Below are positions 51,883 to 60,255 of a DNA stretch of 64,000 nt, in pieces. Every line of letters starts with the position of its first letter. Within the stretch, counting starts at the first letter, position 1. This DNA comes from an uncultured Nitrososphaerota archaeon. Its GTDB lineage: Archaea; Korarchaeota; Korarchaeia; Korarchaeales; Korarchaeaceae. Where the stretch lies: positions 1 to 64,000 of the forward strand of contig CAZQNA010000008.1 in assembly GCA_964594835.1 (NCBI GenBank), given 5' to 3'. The notes under the pieces are model-generated. The model had not been told where the DNA came from. It worked only from the letters and a program-made list of their open reading frames with translations, and did no database searches. A program made the position numbers and the translations under genes.

Positions 51883-52450
51883 GAAGCAATCAGAGATGTC
51901 GTACCACTTGTTGCCCCGTACTTGTACATCTGGAGCAAGAGACGCTCGTCATCTTCTTCGAAGCAATCAGAGATGTCGTACCACTTGTTGCCCCGTTCTT
52001 CTATGATACCGCCGCCGAATATGCCAGGAAGCAGAGAAGCAATCAGAGATGTCGTACCACTTGTTGCCCAGCCCCAAATGGGGAAACAACTGACGTAAGG
52101 TAGGTAGATATCGAGAAGCAATCAGAGATGTCGTACCACTTGTTGCCCCGGAAATGAACGCCTTGTTTCTGCGGGCCTTTGGTATCTGAGAAGCAATCAG
52201 AGATGTCGTACCACTTGTTGCCCCTCGTCGGCTTCAACTACTATGTCCACCCTCTTACGAGAGAAGCAATCAGAGATGTCGTACCACTTGTTGCCCCCCG
52301 GTTACGGAGATGGCTTACAGGACGTTCAACAGGTGAAGAAGCAATCAGAGATGTCGTACCACTTGTTGCCCCCTCCAGAGCTTCATCTGGGAATGGTCGC
52401 ATCTTAACTCCATGAGAAGCAATCAGAGATGTCGTACCACTTGTTGCCCC
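51883..52450 (+). CRISPR. CRISPR array 2 with non-canonical chimeric repeat GAAGCAATCAGAGATGTCGTACCACTTGTTGCCC(C), 8 copies and 7 spacers
   Basis: Repeat starts at 51883, 51960, 52036, 52115, 52190, 52263, 52338 and 52416, separated by unique ~38-45 nt spacers. Confidence 0.95.
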
Positions 52451-52473
52451 TACTCAGCCCGACTATCACCAGC

Positions 52474-52580
52474 TCCTAAGAAGGTAAGGATGGGAGAAGC
52501 AATCAGAGATGGTCGAGTTCACCATTACCGTGAACAACAAGACCCTCCTAAGAAGGTAAGGATGGGAGAAGCAATCAGAG
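52474..52580 (+). repeat. Two extra copies of the leader 3' end plus repeat 5' end (target-site-duplication-like)
   Basis: TCCTAAGAAGGTAAGGATGGGA-GAAGCAATCAGAG at 52474-52508 and (CCC-extended) 52543-52580, identical to the leader/repeat junction 51858-51895. Confidence 0.92.
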
Positions 52581-55274
52581 CCCTCTGAGGGCAGAGATTG
52601 AAACTTCCCAGACCATTCCTCATTTTATTGCTTCTTTTCACATGTGAAGCAATCAGAGCCCTCTGAGGGCAGAGATTGAAAGATTGGACACTTGAACACC
52701 GTGTAGATCGCCTCACGGTCCCGTATGAAGCAATCAGAGCCCTCTGAGGGCAGAGATTGAAACCTGGGGAGCCAGCTGGGCCTATCGGCGGTGGCGGCCA
52801 TGAGAAGCAATCAGAGCCCTCTGAGGGCAGAGATTGAAACCACAACCTTGGTGGCCACGAACTTGTAGCCCGCAGCGTTCCTCTTCGAAGCAATCAGAGC
52901 CCTCTGAGGGCAGAGATTGAAACAATCCATCGTCTACTATATCATAAGAATCCTTAAGACTCTCAAGGAAGCAATCAGAGCCCTCTGAGGGCAGAGATTG
53001 AAACGATGAGGAGGGGTGAGCATGGGTAAGACAAGGGGTAAGTCGTGGAGAGGAGAAGCAATCAGAGCCCTCTGAGGGCAGAGATTGAAACGGTCGGGGT
53101 TCTGGTCGGGCCTAAGCAGGGGATAGAGAGCGAAGCAATCAGAGCCCTCTGAGGGCAGAGATTGAAACTCGCCAGTCTCCTCTCCCACCTCTCTCCCAAG
53201 TATAGGAGAAGCAATCAGAGCCCTCTGAGGGCAGAGATTGAAACGAAATGCGTCTCGTGGACGGTCATGCTCCCACCCTCGGGGCGAAGCAATCAGAGCC
53301 CTCTGAGGGCAGAGATTGAAACTACAACAACAACCCACTTTGCGGCAACAGCCTCCGGTGGGTTGTTCGAAGCAATCAGAGCCCTCTGAGGGCAGAGATT
53401 GAAACATTTAAAATTCAACACAGGATACGATTAACGTAAATGTTCTAGAAGCAATCAGAGCCCTCTGAGGGCAGAGATTGAAACCAGGGCAAACATGTTC
53501 CACGTCTTCATGTATCTTTCGTTTGATTCGAAGCAATCAGAGCCCTCTGAGGGCAGAGATTGAAACCAGTAGTTTATGCCCTCCTGCAACACCACGTTCT
53601 TTGGGCCAAGAAGCAATCAGAGCCCTCTGAGGGCAGAGATTGAAACGACGGAGGATCTCGGGGTTCGGATTTTGGATCTTAACCCGAAGCAATCAGAGCC
53701 CTCTGAGGGCAGAGATTGAAACTATCCAGAGGTAAACGCTGTGGCTGTAGGTGGTGTCGGTGTTGAAGCAATCAGAGCCCTCTGAGGGCAGAGATTGAAA
53801 CTTAAGGCTTCCCAAGTGTTGTAATGAATCCGGATCAGTTTGGTCGAAGCAATCAGAGCCCTCTGAGGGCAGAGATTGAAACCGCTCGGTCACCGAGGTT
53901 CCTTAACTACACCACCGTCATAGACCTCGAAGCAATCAGAGCCCTCTGAGGGCAGAGATTGAAACCGTTTCCCCTCAGGGTGTTCTGGCAAAAACGTTAC
54001 TGAAGCAATCAGAGCCCTCTGAGGGCAGAGATTGAAACCGGCCCGAGATTATCAGCCCCCTCCCGGGGTGGCTCTCGAAGCAATCAGAGCCCTCTGAGGG
54101 CAGAGATTGAAACTGATGGCCTGGATCGAGATCGACGAGGATCAGCTGGAACACTGAAGCAATCAGAGCCCTCTGAGGGCAGAGATTGAAACCACTCCAG
54201 CTCCACCTCTATCAGCAGCTTGATCCCGGTCGCGAAGCAATCAGAGCCCTCTGAGGGCAGAGATTGAAACAAGTTCAAGAAGCTGACCCTCACTCAAATC
54301 CGTGATGCTTACAGAGAAGCAATCAGAGCCCTCTGAGGGCAGAGATTGAAACGTGAGGGGCACCAACTCATATTACTTTGCTTGGCTGCCCAAGAAGCAA
54401 TCAGAGCCCTCTGAGGGCAGAGATTGAAACAACAGCCTAACTGTGGCCTTCATTCCGGCTTGGGGAGCATGGGAAGCAATCAGAGCCCTCTGAGGGCAGA
54501 GATTGAAACTGAGACCGAGATAGGCGCTCTTAGAACCAATTGCAATGAAGCAATCAGAGCCCTCTGAGGGCAGAGATTGAAACGAAACTTTCAGGACTCG
54601 TCCCTTTCGGCGGAAACTTTCGGAAGCAATCAGAGCCCTCTGAGGGCAGAGATTGAAACCTTCCGAGCGGTTATAACGCAGGTGAAGAAAGATCCTAATG
54701 GAAGCAATCAGAGCCCTCTGAGGGCAGAGATTGAAACTCCTCCTCGGCAAAACGCTTGATTTCCTCGGCTATGTCGAAGCAATCAGAGCCCTCTGAGGGC
54801 AGAGATTGAAAGGTCGTGGCCCTCCGGGACGAAAACGGCGATGAAGGGATACGTGAAGCAATCAGAGCCCTCTGAGGGCAGAGATTGAAAGAATCGATCA
54901 AGAGCGTAAGGATGGTGGCGCTGATGAGAAGCAATCAGAGCCCTCTGAGGGCAGAGATTGAAAGGAGCGAGTGAACTCTAGCACAGCAATGTAAGCTGGC
55001 CTGGAAGCAATCAGAGCCCTCTGAGGGCAGAGATTGAAAGTCGGTGAACCCGCCAGGCACTTCATATCCCACAGTGCTGGGTGAAGCAATCAGAGCCCTC
55101 TGAGGGCAGAGATTGAAAGTGGCTTGCGGGCGATTCTCGTCCCAAATTAGGCCGGACGAAGCAATCAGAGCCCTCTGAGGGCAGAGATTGAAAGTCGCGC
55201 GCGAGATTGAAAGTTCGTGGTGAATGGCTCCTATTACTGGAACTTGGGGCTGGAAGAAGGAAGCAATCCGAGCC
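52568..55274 (+). CRISPR. CRISPR array 3, 34 full canonical repeats (ending ATTGAAAC or ATTGAAAG) plus degenerate tail
   Basis: Repeats 52568-55194; partial repeat GAGATTGAAAG at 55203-55213 and degenerate GAAGCAATCCGAGCC at 55260-55274. Confidence 0.98.
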
Positions 55275-55364
55275 TCGCGCGGCTCGGCGTTTGGAGGCTC
55301 GTTACAGGTCGTTTCACCAAGTTCCGTATATTCCCAGGAGGCGGAGGCGCTCCGGGGGTCAAGG

Positions 55365-56861
55365 GTGTCGAAGAGGCTCCTAGCCGTAGTCATCGTCTGC
55401 GTGGTGGCGCTGGCCGGGCTCGCCATTCTCTATTCTCTCAGGCGGGGCGGAGAGAGCCTGAGAGAGGAGCTTAGCGAGCTGGCCATCGAGATGGCCGAGA
55501 GGAAGAGGCAGGGATATGATGTGACGCAGGCGAAGTACTATCTCCTCTCTGCGATCTACTACTACAGGGAGGGAAACCTGGAGAAGGCCCTGGAGTTCTT
55601 TGACAGGGCTAGGGAGGCCCTCGAGAGTGCGGAACTGCTGGCATCCCTGCCGGAGAGGGAGTGGAGCATCGCCGAGAGCACGGTGGAGATAGACAGGATC
55701 CCCACCACATGGGACGTGGTTCCGATAGGCTCGGTCTTCGTGGAGACCGGCGGCGGGTACCTGGACTACCCCAGGAACGACGACCACTGGAAGCTCAGCT
55801 GCTTCATATTCTTTGCCGTCGGCCAGACAGAAGACGGTAGCGAGTTCTTCTATCAGGGGAGGCTCCCCCTCAAGCCCGAAGAGGGTCCCTTCAGGCCGAA
55901 GATCTACGTGGACGGGAGGTGGATTCAGCTCGACTCGGTCTTCGCGGGACCGCTCTACTTCGACGGGGGAGAGGAGTTCGGCCTCCCGACGCTGTACCAG
56001 TACGACCTCAGCGGCAGGTACGTCCAGACCCTGTCCTACGACGAGGAGAGGCGCCTCTGGATGCACAGGATAGAGTCAGTGGGGGGCGGCGAGGCGATCC
56101 TGGACGTTAGGGTCCAGGCTGTCGGGGTCCCCATGTGGATCGGGGAGTGGAACGGGAGCCTGATCATACACGGGGTCTACCCGAGGCAGAGGGACCTCGA
56201 CCTCTGGGGAGCTTTCTGGGACGTCGGCTTCATGGAGGGCTCCATAAACGTCGGCGGCGAGAGACACGAGGTCTCCGGGTTCTTCGTGTTTGACAGGGCC
56301 TCTCACAGGACCTACTCCATGCCCCCCACCGGTAACGCTGGGGCGCCCCTAGCCTTCAGCTGCATGGTGATATGCCAAGAGGACCTCTGCGTCCTGGTCT
56401 CGCACTCCGAGAACCCGTCTCCCCTCGACATAGGCGTGAGCTTCGAGCACCAGATGAGGATCAATCTCCTCGACCTGAACCTGAGCGTGGCGACGACCGA
56501 CTTCGAGCTCTGGGACGACGGCTCAATTCAGCCCTCGCAGCTCAGAATCGTCGGAAGGTTCGACGGCGGCTGGTTCAACCTGACGGGCTACGTGGTGGAG
56601 TTCTGGCCGGAGAGGTGGGCCGTCGGCAAGGGAACGTGGTGGGACGAGGACGGCCTGTTCTCGTGGGGCAGGTCGTTCAGCAGGTGGGTCGGCGAGATCG
56701 TCGTGGGCAACCAGACGATTCACGTGGACGCCTGGGGCGCCGGCGAGTTCACTCGATACGGCCAGGGAGGCGAGCCCAGGCCCTGCGGGGTCGGGGAGGG
56801 CTGCTGGGGCAGGTGGGGCTCCTCCGACGTGGGCAACCTGACTGAGGAGGGGCCGCCGTAG
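55365..56861 (+). CDS. Membrane-anchored extracellular protein (TPR-like hairpin plus beta-rich, possibly AttH/CrtC-like domain)
   Basis: MSKRLLAVVIVCVVALAGLAILY signal anchor from GTG 55365; YYYREGNLEKALEFFDRA; Trp/Gly-rich beta region. Confidence 0.6.
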   Translation: MSKRLLAVVIVCVVALAGLAILYSLRRGGESLREELSELAIEMAERKRQGYDVTQAKYYLLSAIYYYREGNLEKALEFFDRAREALESAELLASLPEREWSIAESTVEIDRIPTTWDVVPIGSVFVETGGGYLDYPRNDDHWKLSCFIFFAVGQTEDGSEFFYQGRLPLKPEEGPFRPKIYVDGRWIQLDSVFAGPLYFDGGEEFGLPTLYQYDLSGRYVQTLSYDEERRLWMHRIESVGGGEAILDVRVQAVGVPMWIGEWNGSLIIHGVYPRQRDLDLWGAFWDVGFMEGSINVGGERHEVSGFFVFDRASHRTYSMPPTGNAGAPLAFSCMVICQEDLCVLVSHSENPSPLDIGVSFEHQMRINLLDLNLSVATTDFELWDDGSIQPSQLRIVGRFDGGWFNLTGYVVEFWPERWAVGKGTWWDEDGLFSWGRSFSRWVGEIVVGNQTIHVDAWGAGEFTRYGQGGEPRPCGVGEGCWGRWGSSDVGNLTEEGPP

Positions 56862-57028
56862 ACCACGCCTCCTGTCCACCCTCACTTTTTCGCTCAGCGA
56901 CACCTCTCGCGCCGAGGCCCAGCAGGGCGCTCCTCAATCCCGTCGATACGCTTAAACCGTGACGAGAGGCGGCGCTTTAACTCGAGCCGAGCCATGAAGA
57001 GGCGGGTCGACAAGGGCGGGGAGGGGTT

Positions 57029-57322
57029 CTACATGGAGAAGAAGAGGAGGCTCTGGGTCCCGCCGGAGGAGTAGCCATCGAGGGACGCGATGATTACCGT
57101 CACGGGCACGCCAGTCTCAGAGAACACGTTCGAGGAGATCCCTCGCGCCGGGGGTCTGGCTCTCTTCACGTCCTCAACCACGAGTAGGATGTCCACGTCG
57201 CTGTCAGGCCGGTACTCAACCCCTTGCTACGGAGCCGAACACGGTCGCCGCCCTGGCCCAGGGATCCGCGACAACTCGTCTCTGAGCCTCTTCAGAACGC
57301 CTCTCAACCTGAGCGAGGGCAT
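57029..57322 (-). pseudogene. Frameshifted minimal nucleotidyltransferase
   Basis: Own translation: MPSLRLRGVLKRLRDELSRIPG / ARAATVFGSVARG / EYRPDSDVDILLVVED.., which needs two frameshifts. Confidence 0.7.
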
Positions 57323-57494
57323 CCACGCGCCCCCTTCCCACCATCTATCTCCAAATAAGTTGGTGATCCGGAGGGCCCCACCTCCTCTACATACGGCGGT
57401 GCTCAGGGCCGCTAGGAGGTCCGTTGCAGGCCGCTGACGGGCCGCGCCCCGTCGGGCGGCCTTCCCTCCGGGAGACTGCCGGCCCGCGGAGGGG

Positions 57495-58712
57495 TCACGC
57501 CACGACCGCCAGGAACAGGTGGATGTTCCCCTCGTCCAGGACCGTGACGCCCCTCGGGTACCTCCTGTGGGGCTTCCCTGCCTTTACCTCCACCCTCAGG
57601 TCGCCGGCGACGGCGTCGACCTCGCGCGAGTTCCTCTCGTAGAAGACCTCTCCGAACCTCCTGAGGAGGTGGGCCTGGACCACCCACTCGTACAGGGCCC
57701 CCTTCAGGAAGTCTGTGTTGGTCCAGATGGACGCGGCCCGGGCCGTGAAGGGGTCCAGGAGGAAGAACTTCCTCTCCTTCCGCCACATCACCCTGCCCTC
57801 CCTCCTCAGCATCGCTGTGTCCAGCACCATGAGGCCCCTCAGCAGCTCCACGTAGTCCCTGACCGTCTTGTGGGAGACCGAGAGGTCTGAGCCTATGGAG
57901 GCGTAGGACGCCGGGGAGGGGGCCTTCCTCAGTATCGAGGAGAGCACGCCCCTGGCGAGCCGGGGGTCTCGGCCCGCCCTGAGGATCTCGCCCTCCAGAG
58001 ACCTCACCGCGTACTCCTCGGCCCTGTGGTCTCGGTTCACCGACAGGGGGAAGCCCCCCACCTCCAGGTACTCGAGGAACAGCTCCCTTATCTCCCTGGA
58101 CCTCGGGAGGAGCCTAGCCATGTCCCCCCTCAGGTCCCCCGTCGTCCTGACCTCCACCCCCCTGGCCCGGAGGAACTCCCTGAAGGAGAGGGGCCACACA
58201 TGGACCTCCCTCCCCTCGCCCATCCTGCCGGGGAAGAGCTCGACCTCCCCCCTGAGCCTCAGGGAGGAGGAGCCCGTCACCACGAGCACGTCCCTGGAGA
58301 AGAAGCCCGCGTCCACGTACCCCTTTATCACCTTCCACCACCCCTTCAGGCTAGTCACCTCGTCCAGGAAGAGGTAGCTGGTCCTCACGCCAGAGGACTT
58401 CCTGAAGGAGTGGTACTCCTCCAGCATGGCCCTGAGCGAGCTCTGGTCCGGGGACAGGTCGAGGTTGAGGTAGAGGATCGCCTCCGGCCTGACGCGCCTC
58501 ACCCTCATCAGCTCGTCTATGAGCAGGTGGATGCCGGTCGTCTTGCCGACGAGCCTGGGCCCGATCAGGATGTTGAGGGAGAAGGGCTTGAGGCTTATCT
58601 GGTCGAGCCAGGCGGGCCTCCACCGGATCTCCCTCTCCCTCCAATCCTGGATCACGGGGCTCTCCCTTCCAGCCCACCAGGGGTTGAGGAGGGGCAGGAC
58701 GTCGGAGGCCAT
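57495..58712 (-). CDS. AAA_14 + DUF4143 ATP-binding protein (COG1373)
   Basis: NPWW, GPRLVGKTT, LFLDEV, VTGSSS, PLSFREF, GGFP, KFFLLDP, EVDAV..VEVK. Confidence 0.92.
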   Translation of the reverse strand: MASDVLPLLNPWWAGRESPVIQDWREREIRWRPAWLDQISLKPFSLNILIGPRLVGKTTGIHLLIDELMRVRRVRPEAILYLNLDLSPDQSSLRAMLEEYHSFRKSSGVRTSYLFLDEVTSLKGWWKVIKGYVDAGFFSRDVLVVTGSSSLRLRGEVELFPGRMGEGREVHVWPLSFREFLRARGVEVRTTGDLRGDMARLLPRSREIRELFLEYLEVGGFPLSVNRDHRAEEYAVRSLEGEILRAGRDPRLARGVLSSILRKAPSPASYASIGSDLSVSHKTVRDYVELLRGLMVLDTAMLRREGRVMWRKERKFFLLDPFTARAASIWTNTDFLKGALYEWVVQAHLLRRFGEVFYERNSREVDAVAGDLRVEVKAGKPHRRYPRGVTVLDEGNIHLFLAVVA

Positions 58713-58959
58713 TTGATACTCTAACTATCAACTGATATATAAATAGTTGGGGATCCGAGTAACATGGCTCACGGCGGGTCCGGGGTTGGCAGGTAGAAGG
58801 CCGCCCTGAGCTCCTTGCGCCGCAGAAAGAACGTCAGACCGGCACGGGGCCCTCACTATGGATCCTAGCCGGCTCTCACGTAGATCAGGACAGCCGGGCT
58901 TTGGCGCTCGTCGCATACAGACTAGCCAATTGGTTAAATCTCGATGTTGCCAGAGGCGC

Positions 58960-59499
58960 GTGGATCCAGATTTGACGCCCGCCGGCGCTAGGTCCCAGGG
59001 CTGGAAGCTCGCCTACTGGCTCGCCCTCTACGGGTTCGGATTGGCCGTCTCCGTGAGGCTGGACTGGGGAGGGATTCTGGGGGCGCCCACCAGAGTAATA
59101 GGGCTCCTCCTCGTGGCGATGGCCTTCGCCCTCAGCGCCTCGGCCGGGAGGCACCTGAGGCTCTACGGCAAGTCCCGCCCCTCCGGGTTCGGCCAGATCG
59201 ACCGCCTGGTCACGGTGGGCGTATACTCCTGCGTGAGGCACCCGAACCACCTCGGCCTGGCGCTGCTCTCCCTGGGGCTGGCCCTCTCCCTGGACTCGCT
59301 CTCCCACCTCCTCGTCGCGACCCCAATCCAGATCCTCGGCGTGGTGGCCTTCGTCCGCCTGGTCGAGGAGCCCGAGGTCAGGAGGAAGTTCGGGAGGGAG
59401 TACGAGGAGTACTCGAGGAGGGTCAGGGGGCTGATCCCCGACTTGCCCTGCCTGATCAGGAACCTGGTGCCTCATCGACGGGGATCCGGGGCCGATTGA
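58960..59499 (+). CDS. Isoprenylcysteine carboxyl methyltransferase / PEMT family membrane protein
   Basis: LVTVGVYSCVRHPNHLG, EEPEVRRKFGREYEEYSRRV. Confidence 0.9.
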   Translation: MDPDLTPAGARSQGWKLAYWLALYGFGLAVSVRLDWGGILGAPTRVIGLLLVAMAFALSASAGRHLRLYGKSRPSGFGQIDRLVTVGVYSCVRHPNHLGLALLSLGLALSLDSLSHLLVATPIQILGVVAFVRLVEEPEVRRKFGREYEEYSRRVRGLIPDLPCLIRNLVPHRRGSGAD

Positions 59500-59532
59500 C
59501 CGGCCTGTCGGGCGGCCGGCCCGGCTCAGCGC

Positions 59533-60255
59533 CTACCAGGAGGCCAGGACCTCCACCTCCCCCGGCTCCACCTCCCCGTCACCGTCGTCGACCCACCTGA
59601 GCAGGGTGTACTCTCCTGGAACCTCTCCCTCGCTGAGGAGCCAGAGCAGGGCGGCCCTGGTCCCGAACCTCGTTATCCCCGCGACCCTCACGAGTGAGAG
59701 GCCGCCGCACCTCCTGACCCAGACGACCGCGTAGTCCTCTGACCCGAAGGACGACTCGAGCGTCCCGTTCGGGTACCTTAAGGCTCTGTAAACACCCCCC
59801 TCCCTGACGAACTCCACGTCGGACCCCTCCCACCCCTCCGGATAGACCTGGGGACCCCCGAGGGCTATCACGGTCGAGGGGGGCGGAGCCCCCCTGAGCC
59901 CGGCCAGCTCGGGGTTGATGGCCGAGTCAACGGGGGAGGGCGCCCGGGCCACGGCCCCGCCCAGCTCCACCCTCCCCGCGCCCGGAGACGCCTCGAGCAC
60001 CACCAGGTCGGCCGAGCTGGGGGCCAGCTCCACCCCGTCGGAAGGCCAAGCCGTCCAGGAGTCGAGGCTCAGGATCCAGGAGCCGGGAGGCACCCTCAGG
60101 TCCCCCCAGGCTGCCTCGTCCGTCGCCACCACCGACGCGAGCCTGCACCCTGGGATGGAGAACTCCTCGACCACGAAGCCCGGCGGGGCCTCCACCGCGG
60201 ACGCGTGGGCGGAGAGGATATCCCCCAGATCCCGGAGCCTCACCGCCCTGCCCAC
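59533..60255 (-). CDS. C-terminal part of the glycoside hydrolase gene, S-layer-C-like domain (separated by a frameshift)
   Basis: VIALGGPQVY..DYAVVWVR..VAGITRFGTRAA; joins the upstream ORF if one G is added in the 60283-60288 run. Confidence 0.55.
   Translation of the reverse strand: MGRAVRLRDLGDILSAHASAVEAPPGFVVEEFSIPGCRLASVVATDEAAWGDLRVPPGSWILSLDSWTAWPSDGVELAPSSADLVVLEASPGAGRVELGGAVARAPSPVDSAINPELAGLRGAPPPSTVIALGGPQVYPEGWEGSDVEFVREGGVYRALRYPNGTLESSFGSEDYAVVWVRRCGGLSLVRVAGITRFGTRAALLWLLSEGEVPGEYTLLRWVDDGDGEVEPGEVEVLASW

Noticed and set aside
51883-52450. Array of an independent second CRISPR system, or a tracrRNA/anti-repeat
   Set aside because: It shares the array-1 leader, no second cas set or class 2 effector is in the window, and the repeat tail is explained by a spacer
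55224-55364. N-terminal extension of the 545-aa ORF
   Set aside because: Lies in the degenerate array tail; the signal anchor begins at GTG 55365
51477-55426. ORFs across the leader and arrays 2 and 3
   Set aside because: Repeat and spacer translations
56994-57074. 26-aa ORF MKRRVDKGGEGFYMEKKRRLWVPPEE
   Set aside because: No SD or recognisable motif, and it overlaps the MNT pseudogene on the opposite strand
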